Assembly: GCA_964016885.1 (NCBI GenBank)
Contig: OZ024743.1
Location: 50,964,001 to 51,028,000 of the forward strand
From: Eledone cirrhosa
Lineage: Eukaryota
DNA: 64,000 nt
Reading direction: 5' to 3'
The stretch's first letter is position 1; each line of letters starts with the position of its first letter. A program made the position numbers and the translations under genes. Of this stretch, positions 11,284 through 22,633 are shown in pieces. The notes beneath the pieces are model-generated. The model saw nothing but the letters and a program-made list of their open reading frames with translations. It did no database searches and had not been told where the DNA came from.

Positions 11284-12236
11284 ATTTTTGTGACACCAGC
11301 ACTATCACTTTTCAGAGTGGACTGTGTGCATTTTATTGTTATGCCAGCACTAACAATTTAAGGGTGTACTAGGTACATGTTATCATGGAGATGTTTCATG
11401 CTAGACCAGACTGGAAACCCTACATTGTCTCTATTTTTTTCAGTTACCAAACATTGTAGCCTCCTGTCTCTCGCCATGTTTACTTTTAGTATTGTAGTGC
11501 TTATACTGGTGAATTGGTCTTTTCTATTATGGCATTTCACCAGTTCACTAGCTCCTGTTTCATCTTGTTAGTGAGATTCAGTTTCCTGAGGTCATTCTTC
11601 ACAATTTGTATTTCTTTGTCTCCTTCTTCCACAGGTTCCACCCATCTCAAATGTACAGCGCTTTTTATACAACTTCCATTCTCCTTACACATAACATGTC
11701 CTACCAATGTAATCGTCTCTTTTGCACACTACATTCATTTCTTCTTATATTCAACTTTTCTCTCAGTTCACCTGTGCTCTGGCATTACACATCCAGTAAA
11801 GCATGCCTGCCTCATTTCTTTTTAGCTTTCACAAATCTTCTGCACTCGAAGCCCATGTCCTCTCCACCCATACATCATATAATTTGTCTTTCACTCAAGA
11901 AGTGAAGCACTCTGTTGCCAGCAGAGGTAACAGCTCCCTGAACTTCTTCCATCCCATTCTAACTTTGGCTGTAACACTTTCGGTACATCCATCTCCACTA
12001 CTAATGGAATCTCATAGACAGCAGAAGCTATCTACCACTTCCAGTGGAACATCTGAACATTTGAGAAAGTTTATTATTTAAGTACCCTTACTGTTGACTA
12101 CTGCTGTGATTCACTGCCATCCCTAAGTGATCAACAAATTACAGAACAGAGCATTCTGTCAAAGACCTTTCCCAGGTTGACAAATTATTCTTTGCTAAAT
12201 ATTTTTCCTGCAACTATCTAACTATCCATAGTGCTT

Positions 12237-12744
12237 GGGACGATTTGATAAATTCCAACCTTACACACTTGCACCTCTATAAAACAATGTCACTAGACCG
12301 AGATCTTTGGCGCCACGCAGTAATACAGAAGACCCGCTTTGCCTATGTACAAAGCGAAACCTACAGTCAGTAGGCACCTCTTAACCAAATATACACCCCA
12401 ACCCACTACCCCAACTCCATCCTCTCACTCCCACCAACACCACCCTTTCTCTGTAAAGTTGGTACCACAACATCCAGTCCAAACTAATGAGGTTGTGTAG
12501 GTGTCACGACAAAAACACACAGTCCACACTATAATGTGGCCGTGTAGGTAACACGGTAAAAACCTCCCAGTCCACACTGTAAATGTGGTTGGTGTTAGGA
12601 AGGGCATCCATCTGTAGAAAACCTGCCAGATAGTCCTGTATGAGCGAGACACAGTCACCCGACCAATCTTGCTTCAAGTGGAACAATTCCCGTCTAACCC
12701 ATGCTAGCCTGGAAGATAGACGTTAAACGATGAGGATGAGGATG
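12237..12744 (+). mobile_element. 5'-truncated RTE LINE 3' end inserted into the older RTE
   Basis: Encodes MSLDRDLWRHAVIQKTR (RTE C-terminus), then a 3' UTR with the shared tail and (GATGAG)n. 7-bp TSD AGTGCTT (12230-12236 / 12745-12751); removing the insert restores RRSTMD on the minus strand. Confidence 0.8.
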
Positions 12745-12890
12745 AGTGCTTCTCCTAAGCATAAAGCCAAATCGTATCTTGTCAAGATTAATTCTGTCCT
12801 TAATTGTGCCATAACTCTTTCTGTGACCTTCATAACACAATCCAGAGTAATTTCTTCTCTCCAGTGTATCTCCTTTGTAGCATATGACAG

Positions 12891-15800
12891 TACTACTGCT
12901 ACAACACTCACTGTGTATAACACCTTCCTGTACTACGATGATACTACTGCTACACTAGTCACTGTGTATAACACCTTCCTGCACTATGATACTACTGCTA
13001 CAACACTCACTGTGTATAACACCTTCCTGTACTACGATGATACTACTGCTACACTAGTCACTGTGTATAACACCTTCCTGTACTATGATACTACTGCTAC
13101 AACAGTCACTGTGTATAACACCTTCCTGTACTACGATGATACTACTGCTACACTAGTCACTGTGTATAACACCTTCCTACACTATGATGATACTACTGCT
13201 ACAACAGTCACTGTGTATAACACCTTCCTGCACTATGATGATACTACTGCTACAACAGTCACTGTGTATAACACCTTCCTGTACTACGATGATACTACTG
13301 CTACACTAGTCACTGTGTATAACACCTTCCTACACTATGATGACACTACTACTACAACAGTCACTGTGTATAACACCTTCCTGCACTATGATGATACTAC
13401 TGCTACCCCAGTCACTGTGTATAACACCTTCCTACACTATGATGACACTACTACTACAACAGTCACTGTGTATAACACCTTCCTGCACTATGATGATACT
13501 ACTGCTACAACAGTCACTGTGTATAACACCTTCCTACACTATGATGACATTACTGCTACCCCAGTCACTGTGTATAACACCTTCCTGCACTATGATGATA
13601 CTACTGCTACCCCAGTCACTGTGTATAACACCTTCCTGCACTATGATGATACTACTGCTACCCCAGTCACTGTGTATAACACCTTCCTACACTATGATGA
13701 CACTACTGCTACCCCAGTCACTGTGTATAACACCTTCCTGCACTATGATACTACTGCTACCCCAGTCACTGTGTATAACACCTTCCTGCACTATGATGAT
13801 ACTACTGCTACCCCAGTCACTGTGTATAACACCTTCCTGCACTATGATGATACTACTGCTACCCCAGTCACTGTGTATAACACCTTCCTGCACTATGATG
13901 ATACTACTGCTACAACAGTCACTGTGTATAACACCTTCCTACACTATGATGATACTACTGCTACAACAGTCACTGTGTATAACACCTTCCTGCACTATGA
14001 TGATACTACTGCTACACTAGTCACTGTGTATAACACCTTCCTGCACTATGATGACACTACTACTACAACAGTCACTGTGTATAACACCTTCCTGCACTAT
14101 GATGATACTACTGCTACAACAGTCACTGTGTATAACACCTTCCTGCACTATGATGATACTACTGCTACAACAGTCACTGTGTATAACACCTTCCTACACT
14201 ATGATGACACTACTGCTACAACAGTCACTGTGTATAACACCTTCCTGCACTATGATGATACTACTGCTACAACAGTCACTGTGTATAACACCTTCCTACA
14301 CTATGATGATACTACTGCTACAACAGTCACTGTGTATAACACCTTCCTACACTATGATGATACTACTGCTACAACAGTCACTGTGTATAACACCTTCCTA
14401 CACTATGATGATACTACTGCTACAACAGTCACTGTGTATAACACCTTCCTGTACTATGATGACACTACTACTACAACAGTCACTGTGTATAACACCTTCC
14501 TGCACTATGATGATACTACTGCTACCCCAGTCACTGTGTATAACACCTTCCTGCACTATGATGATACTACTGCTACCCCAGTCACTGTGTATAACACCTT
14601 CCTGCACTATGATGATACTACTGCTACCCCAGTCACTGTGTATAACACCTTCCTGCACTATGATGATACTACTGCTACAACAGTCACTGTGTATAACACC
14701 TTCCTACACTATGATGATACTACTGCTACCCCAGTCACTGTGTATAACACCTTCCTGCACTATGATGATACTACTGCTACAACAGTCACTGTGTATAACA
14801 CCTTCCTGCACTATGATGATACTACTGCTACAACAGTCACTGTGTATAACACCTTCCTGCACTATGATGATACTACTGCTACCCCAGTCACTGTGTATAA
14901 CACCTTCCTACACTATGATGATACTACTGCTACCCCAGTCACTGTGTATAACACCTTCCTACACTATGATGATACTACTGCTACAACAGTCACTGTGTAT
15001 AACACCTTCCTGCACTATGATGATACTACTGCTACAACAGTCACTGTGTATAACACCTTCCTACACTATGATGATACTACTGCTACCCCAGTCACTGTGT
15101 ATAACACCTTCCTGCACTATGATGATACTACTGCTACAACAGTCACTGTGTATAACACCTTCCTACACTATGATGATACTACTGCTACAACAGTCACTGT
15201 GTATAACACCTTCCTGCACTATGATGATACTACTGCTACAACAGTCACTGTGTATAACACCTTCCTACACTATGATGATACTACTGCTACCCCAGTCACT
15301 GTGTATAACACCTTCCTGCACTATGATGATACTACTGCTACAACAGTCACTGTGTATAACACCTTCCTACACTATGATGATACTACTGCTACAACAGTCA
15401 CTGTGTATAACACCTTCCTGCACTATGATGATACTACTGCTACAACAGTCACTGTGTATAACACCTTCCTGCACTATGATGATACTACTGCTACAACAGT
15501 CACTGTGTATAACACCTTCCTGCACTATGATGATACTACTGCTACAACAGTCACTGTGTATAACACCTTCCTACACTATGATGATACTACTGCTACAACA
15601 GTCACTGTGTATAACACCTTCCTGCACTATGATGATACTACTGCTACAACAGTCACTGTGTATAACACCTTCCTGCACTATGATGATACTACTGCTACAA
15701 CAGTCACTGTGTATAACACCTTCCTGCACTATGATGATACTACTGCTACAACAGTCACTGTGTATAACACCTTCCTGCACTATGATGATACTACTGCTAC

Positions 15801-18800
15801 AACAGTCACTGTGTATAACACCTTCCTGCACTATGATGATACTACTGCTACAACAGTCACTGTGTATAACACCTTCCTACACTATGATGATACTACTGCT
15901 ACAACAGTCACTGTGTATAACACCTTCCTACACTATGATGATACTACTGCTACAACAGTCACTGTGTATAACACCTTCCTACACTATGATGATACTACTG
16001 CTACAACAGTCACTGTGTATAACACCTTCCTACACTATGATGATACTACTGCTACAACAGTCACTGTGTATAACACCTTCCTACACTATGATGATACTAC
16101 TGCTACCCCAGTCACTGTGTATAACACCTTCCTACACTATGATGATACTACTGCTACAACAGTCACTGTGTATAACACCTTCCTGCACTATGATGACACT
16201 ACTACTACAACAGTCACTGTGTATAACACCTTCCTGCACTATGATGATACTACTGCTACAACAGTCACTGTGTATAACACCTTCCTGCACTATGATGATA
16301 CTACTGCTACCCCAGTCACTGTGTATAACACCTTCCTACACTATGATACTACTGCTACCCCAGTCACTGTGTATAACATCTTCCTACACTATGATGATAC
16401 TACTGCTACAACAGTCACTGTGTATAACACCTTCCTACACTATGATGATACTACTGCTACAACAGTCACTGTGTATAACACCTTCCTACACTATGATACT
16501 ACTGCTACCCCAGTCACTGTGTATAACATCTTCCTACACTATGATGATACTACTGCTACAACAGTCACTGTGTATAACACCTTCCTGCACTATGATGACA
16601 CTACTGCTACCCCAGTCACTGTGTATAACACCTTCCTGCACTATGATGATACTACTGCTACAACAGTCACTGTGTATAACACCTTCCTACACTATGATGA
16701 TACTACTGCTACAACAGTCACTGTGTATAACACCTTCCTACACTATGATACTACTGCTACCCCAGTCACTGTGTATAACATCTTCCTACACTATGATGAT
16801 ACTACTGCTACAACAGTCACTGTGTATAACACCTTCCTGCACTATGATGACACTACTGCTACCCCAGTCACTGTGTATAACACCTTCCTGCACTATGATG
16901 ATACTACTGCTACAACAGTCACTGTGTATAACACCTTCCTACACTATGATGATACTACTGCTACAACAGTCACTGTGTATAACACCTTCCTACACTATGA
17001 TGATACTACTGCTACAACAGTCACTGTGTATAACACCTTCCTACACTATGATGATACTACTGCTACAACAGTCACTGTGTATAACACCTTCCTACACTAT
17101 GATGACACTACTGCTACCCCAGTCACTGTGTATAACACCTTCCTGCACTATGATGATACTACTGCTACAACAGTCACTGTGTATAACACCTTCCTACACT
17201 ATGATGACACTACTGCTACCCCAGTCACTGTGTATAACACCTTCCTGCACTATGATGATACTACTGCTACAACAGTCACTGTGTATAACACCTTCCTACA
17301 CTATGATGACACTACTGCTACCCCAGTCACTGTGTATAACACCTTCCTACACTATGATGATACTACTGCTACCCCAGTCACTGTGTATAACACCTTCCTA
17401 CACTATGATGACACTACTGCTACCCCAGTCACTGTGTATAACACCTTCCTACACTATGATGACACTACTGCTACCCCAGTCACTGTGTATAACACCTTCC
17501 TACACTATGATACTACTGCTACCCCAGTCACTGTGTATAACACCTTCCTACACTATGATGATACTACTGCTACAACAGTCACTGTGTATAACACCTTCCT
17601 ACACTATGATGATACTACTGCTACCCCAGTCACTGTGTATAACACCTTCCTACACTATGATACTACTGCTACCCCAGTCACTGTGTATAACACCTTCCTA
17701 CACTATGATGATACTACTGCTACAACAGTCACTGTGTATAACACCTTCCTACACTATGATGATACTACTGCTACCCCAGTCACTGTGTATAACACCTTCC
17801 TACACTATGATGACACTACTGCTACCCCAGTCACTGTGTATAACACCTTCCTGCACTATGATGATACTACTGCTACAACAGTCACTGTGTATAACACCTT
17901 CCTACACTATGATGATACTACTGCTACAACAGTCACTGTGTATAACACCTTCCTACACTATGATGACACTACTGCTACCCCAGTCACTGTGTATAACACC
18001 TTCCTGCACTATGATGATACTACTGCTACAACAGTCACTGTGTATAACACCTTCCTACACTATGATGATACTACTGCTACAACAGTCACTGTGTATAACA
18101 CCTTCCTGCACTATGATGATACTACTGCTACAACAGTCACTGTGTATAACACCTTCCTACACTATGATGATACTACTGCTACCCCAGTCACTGTGTATAA
18201 CATCTTCCTACACTATGATGATACTACTGCTACAACAGTCACTGTGTATAACACCTTCCTACACTATGATGATACTACTGCTACAACAGTCACTGTGTAT
18301 AACACCTTCCTGCACTATGATGATACTACTGCTACCCCAGTCACTGTGTATAACACCTTCCTGCACTATGATGATACTACTGCTACAACAGTCACTGTGT
18401 ATAACACCTTCCTGCACTATGATGATACTACTGCTACAACAGTCACTGTGTATAACACCTTCCTGCACTATGATGACATTACTGCTACCCCAGTCACTGT
18501 GTATAACACCTTCCTGCACTATGATGATACTACTGCTACAACAGTCACTGTGTATAACACCTTCCTGCACTATGATGATACTACTGCTACCCCAGTCACT
18601 GTGTATAACATCTTCCTACACTATGATGATACTACTGCTACAACAGTCACTGTGTATAACACCTTCCTGTACTATGATGACACTACTACTACAACAGTCA
18701 CTGTGTATAACACCTTCCTGCACTATGATGATACTACTGCTACCCCAGTCACTGTGTATAACACCTTCCTGCACTATGATGATACTACTGCTACACTAGT

Positions 18801-18828
18801 CACTGTGTATAACACCTTCCTGCACTAC
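12891..18828. repeat. 51-bp minisatellite array (~116 copies, some 48-bp units) derived from RTE RT coding sequence
   Basis: Unit GATGATACTACTGCTACAACAGTCACTGTGTATAACACCTTCCTGCACTAT. The minus strand reads VQEGVIHSD(C/W)(C/G)SSSIII, continuous with RTE sequence on both flanks. Confidence 0.95.
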
Positions 18829-18955
18829 CTGCTTAACTATACAAGCAACTATCTTGTGACCTACAAGCATCAACTTGATGGCTGGTCTGTTAGTTGGGGT
18901 AAACCCTTACTCTCCCATGTATTTTCCTCATTCAATAACCTCTCATAGTAACACC

Positions 18956-19251
18956 ATGTGAAGGTGCATGGCTTAGTGGTTAGAGCATTGAGCTTGCAAT
19001 GGAAAGGTTGTGAGTTCAATTCTCGGACCGGGTGATGTGTTGTTTCCTTGAGCAAGACACTTTATTTCACGTTGCTCCAGTTTACTCAGCTGTAGAAATG
19101 AGATGAAACAACTGGGGTCCCTATCATTAAATTACCCAAGACACCTCCAGCGAGATATACCTTGGAGGAGGCCAGCTAAACCTGCATAGGTGTGAGCTGT
19201 CACACACACACACACACACACACACACGCGCGCGCGCATAGGTGTGAGCTG

Positions 19252-19310
<59 letters not shown>
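18956..19310 (+). mobile_element. SINE family A with duplicated tail and long (CA)n, inserted in the RTE
   Basis: A/B boxes present; 12-bp TSD CATAGTAACACC (18944-18955 / 19311-19322). Confidence 0.9.
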
Positions 19311-19315
<5 letters not shown>

Positions 19316-19900
19316 TAACACCTCCAAGCTTCTTTTCGGTAAGGATAAATGGGCCACTGTCATTCCACACACACTTCTCACCCACAACATCTCATTTCTC
19401 CTTGCTACTCTGTCTTGCAATCTAGAAAACCTCACACATCTGATCCTTACATAACAATGGCAGACCTTTTTCTTTCCACTTCTCCTCTTGCTATATAAAC
19501 CCAACTTCTGGCTATCTGGTATAGCTATCCTTAACCCTGTCCTTTCTCACTTTCCAAGGCCTGTCTCTTAGCTTTTATGGTCTTGTCCACACTCACACAG
19601 ACACACATAGATTTGGTTATAAATAGGAGGAACTGTGTTAAAATATGCAATTCTGTTTTGCTGTTTTCAAAGAATTTCAAGTAGTATGCCAACTTATTGA
19701 ACTGCTTGGAGCAATCTCTGGCATTAATCAATCAATGAGCATTGAGGACAGCCTTACCATTATATATATATAACCCATGCTAGCGTGGAAGATGGACGTT
19801 AACCGAAGATGATGATGATGATATATATATATATATATATATATTTCGTTTCTGAATTTATTTAGCAAGATTCTTTATCTGAAATCGTGTGTTGAAACCG

Positions 19901-20210
19901 ATATTGTTATACTTTGGGAGGGTCATGTTGCCAATAAGAAACACACGCACCAGTTGCTTTCACTTCAATTTATTATATATTTATAAATTTACAAATTTAC
20001 AAATCTACAAACTTATAACGAAAGGACTATGACTATATATATAAACAACTATCTGGTTGTGGAACCAACCAACCAACCAGAAATTTATAAGTTTGTAGAT
20101 TTGTAAATTTGTAAATTTATAAATTTATAAATATATAATAAATTGAAGTGAAAGCAACTGGTGCGTGTGTTTCTTATTGGCAACATGACCCTCCCAAAGT
20201 ATAACAATAT
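19901..20210. repeat. Near-perfect inverted repeat (118/126-bp arms, 66-bp spacer) between (TA)n tracts
   Basis: 19901-20018 is the reverse complement of 20085-20210, apart from an 8-bp ATTTATAA slippage duplication. Confidence 0.92.
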
Positions 20211-20522
20211 ATATATATTGACATGGAATGCCAGTATGTGTGTCCCTCTAATATGTGTTCTGTTCTCTTCATTTGTCTAGTCTTTTAATCCACCTCTCTC
20301 TCTATATATATATATATATGTGTGTGTGTTCATATAGGTAATACAGATTCTACATGTGTCTTTGTGTGTTTTTATATGTATATATGTAATATACATCATG
20401 CATATATATATAGAGAGAGAGAGATAACTTTCATCTTACTTTCTTCTCCTTTTCGTCTTATATTTCGTCATTCTTCAATTTAAGTTCCTTCTGGAAATTT
20501 TTACTATTTTTAGATTGTCTTT

Positions 20523-20568
<46 letters not shown>

Positions 20569-20680
20569 TACATGTGTGTGTGTGTGTGTGTGTGTCAAAG
20601 GTAAACAGAAATAACAACACAATCGGTACAGTATATGGAAAGAATATATTAAGTTAATGCTTGAAATAGCAGGAAGAGGG

Positions 20681-20716
20681 TCTTAACGTTTCGGACGCTT
20701 GTCCTTCATCAGAAGA
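20681..20716 (-). ncRNA. Minimal type-I hammerhead ribozyme motif (Penelope-like element terminal repeat)
   Basis: Minus strand reads UCUU-CUGAUGA-A-GGAC-AAGC-GUCC-GAAA-C-GUU-AAGA: core boxes, 4-bp stem II, 4-bp stem I, palindromic AACGUU in place of stem III. Confidence 0.65.
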
Positions 20717-20780
20717 AAGAATGATAAAGGGACAGGCAGAATCGGAAAAAAGGTTTTTATATATGTGTGTATATATATAT

Positions 20781-20955
20781 CATCATCATCATCGATTAAC
20801 GTCCATCTTCCACGCTAGCATGGGTTAGACGGGTTATCCCATTAGAAGCAAGTTGGGTTGGGTGACCATGCCTTGCTCATATTGGACTGTTTCTGGCTAG
20901 ATTTCTACGGCTGGATGCCCTTCCTAATGCCAACTACATTTACAGTGTGTGCTGG
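20781..20955 (-). mobile_element. RTE-type 3' tail element, inverted, within (TA)n
   Basis: (CAT)n-CGATTAACGTCCATCTTCCACGCTAGCATGGGTT...GGCTGGATGCCCTTCCTAATGCCAAC. Confidence 0.7.
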
Positions 20956-21590
20956 CTGGTATATATATATATATATGATGTTCACAGGTGTGAGGATAAG
21001 TACTCAATACCAGAGTAGGGTTTAAATATTCTTTATTATTGTCAAAGGATACGTTTTGTTACTCTGTAGTTTCCTCCTCTATTTCTTTTTTTTTTCCTCC
21101 CCACTTTCTTTCCTTTCTCCACCCCCCTCCCTCTTTGCTCTCCCTTTATCTTCCTCATACCCTCTCTATCACTGTCTACATCTTTCCCTCCCTCCTCATA
21201 CCCTCTCTATTACTGTCTACATCTCCCCTAAAACTCCCCCATCCCCCACATATCCTCTCCATTTCAAGACACTCACCCACCCTATATCCTTCCCTTTCCA
21301 CCTCGGGTCTTCCCTACATATACTGTCTCTTTCTTACAGAATATTCTGATGATCCTCTGACTACACGTGAAACTCCACAGTAACAAAACTCATCACTTAT
21401 CCATAATGAAGAATATATGTATGTGTGTATCTGTCTGTGTGAGTGTGTGTGTCTGGCTGTCTGTGTGTGTGCTTGTGTGTGTGTGTGTGTGTGTGTCTGT
21501 GTGTGTGTGTGTAAAGTAGATAGAAATAACAAAGCCAGCACAGTACAAAAAGAAATGTATTAGTTTAACACTTGATTTAGTAGGAAAATA

Positions 21591-21625
21591 GTCTGTGTTT
21601 CGGACACTAGTCCTTCATCAGAAGA
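21591..21625 (-). ncRNA. Second, degenerate hammerhead motif of the same family
   Basis: Minus strand reads UCUU-CUGAUGA-A-GGAC-UAGU-GUCC-GAAAC-ACAGAC. Stem II is intact with a different loop; the cleavage triplet is lost. Flanks are similar to 20595-20755. Confidence 0.5.
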
Positions 21626-21979
21626 TAGAATGAGAAATAGAAGATGAAATAGGAAGATAGAAAATGAGGAGAGGAAGAAACCGAAGAAATTTTGGGGGAG
21701 TGTGTATTTAGTCAGCCATTATCATCCTTGAATGTCCAATTCCACAGATAACATTTTGTTTAAATTTTGAAGAGACTTGATGATGTGTGTGATGTAAGCA
21801 CGGTTTTATTTGAATTTTTGGTCCAACAGATTGTTTCCATGGAAACGATACTTTTACATCTGGTTTTGATGGCTTTTGGAGATTGAAATTCTTTTTGAGG
21901 GGATTTTAGAAGCATTGTGATAATTTATTTCTTACACAAAACAGGAAGTGTGTGTGTGTGTGTGTGACAGCTCACACCT

Positions 21980-22242
21980 GTGAAGGCGCATGGCTTAGTG
22001 GTTAGAGCATTGATTGGGCTTGCAATCAAAAGGTTGTGAGTTCAATTCTCGGACCGAATGATGTGTTGTTTCCTTGAGCAAGACACTTTATTTCACGTTG
22101 CTCCGGTTTACTCAGCTGTAGAAATGAGATAATAGGACTGGGGTCCCTATCATTAAATTACCCAAGACACCTCCAATGAGATATACCTTGGAGGAGGCCA
22201 GCTAAATCTGCATAGGTGTGAGCTGTCACACACACACACACA
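21980..22242 (+). mobile_element. SINE family A, full length
   Basis: GTGAAGGCGCATGGCTTAGTGG head, B-box, core, tail AGGTGTGAGCTGTC(AC)n. Confidence 0.9.
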
Positions 22243-22633
22243 TATATATATACAGAGAGGACTCAATAAGAGTTGTATATAAGAAATATATAGAGAGCAA
22301 TATTTATTAGCACAGATTAAATAATTTCAGCTTTCACCCTTTTACTCCATCATGTGAAACTGAGATGCAGATATAAATATTTCGAAAAACTTTCAAGTAA
22401 ATATTGCCTTTAAAAATAGAGAAAGATAACGATAACATGTGAAAATGTTCATTTGAGTTATGGCTATTTGTATGTAGAGATAATAAAAGAGAACTAATTT
22501 GTGCTATGATAAAATCAGGAAGCTTATTTGCTTTTAAAAATAACCAAATATTTTCATACTATCATGTATGGAAAATTTGTAAATCGGAATGTTTTAAAAC
22601 TTATAGATACTGATGGTGTTAATAATAATGGTG

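Larger units (their letters stand above)
11330..19600 (-). pseudogene. Old, decayed RTE-clade LINE ORF, split by three nested insertions/expansions
   Basis: Collinear minus-strand motifs: VDKTIKAKRQA (19.58 kb), GEKCV, YERLLNEENTW (18.93 kb), VKQVVQEGVIHSD, ICYKGDTLERRNY (12.87 kb), VMKVTERVMAQL, FGFMLRRST, LQEKYLAK..FVNLGKVFDR (12.19 kb), PLEVVDSFCCL..AKVRMGWKKFRELLPLL (11.95 kb), GTCGRRR..IVKNDLRKLNL (11.6 kb). Many stops, frameshifts and deletions. Outer boundaries approximate. Confidence 0.85.

Noticed and set aside
4686-18828. 25-bp and 51-bp arrays as CRISPR-like arrays
   Set aside because: Units are head-to-tail with no unique spacers, there are no cas genes, and the context is eukaryotic.
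12730-18948. 2072-aa ORF (YDDTTATTVTVYNTFLH)n as a novel repeat or structural protein
   Set aside because: It is antisense to a decayed RTE ORF, and its ATG lies in the (GATGAG)n tail of another retroelement. The unit is a multiple of 3 and the indels are GAT slippage, so open frames are expected. A second frame (1583 aa) is also open, which indicates low stop content rather than selection.
1119-21541. Remaining short ORFs (60-125 aa) in the ORF track
   Set aside because: They fall in microsatellites, SINEs, low-complexity DNA or antisense to LINE fragments, with no host-gene motifs.
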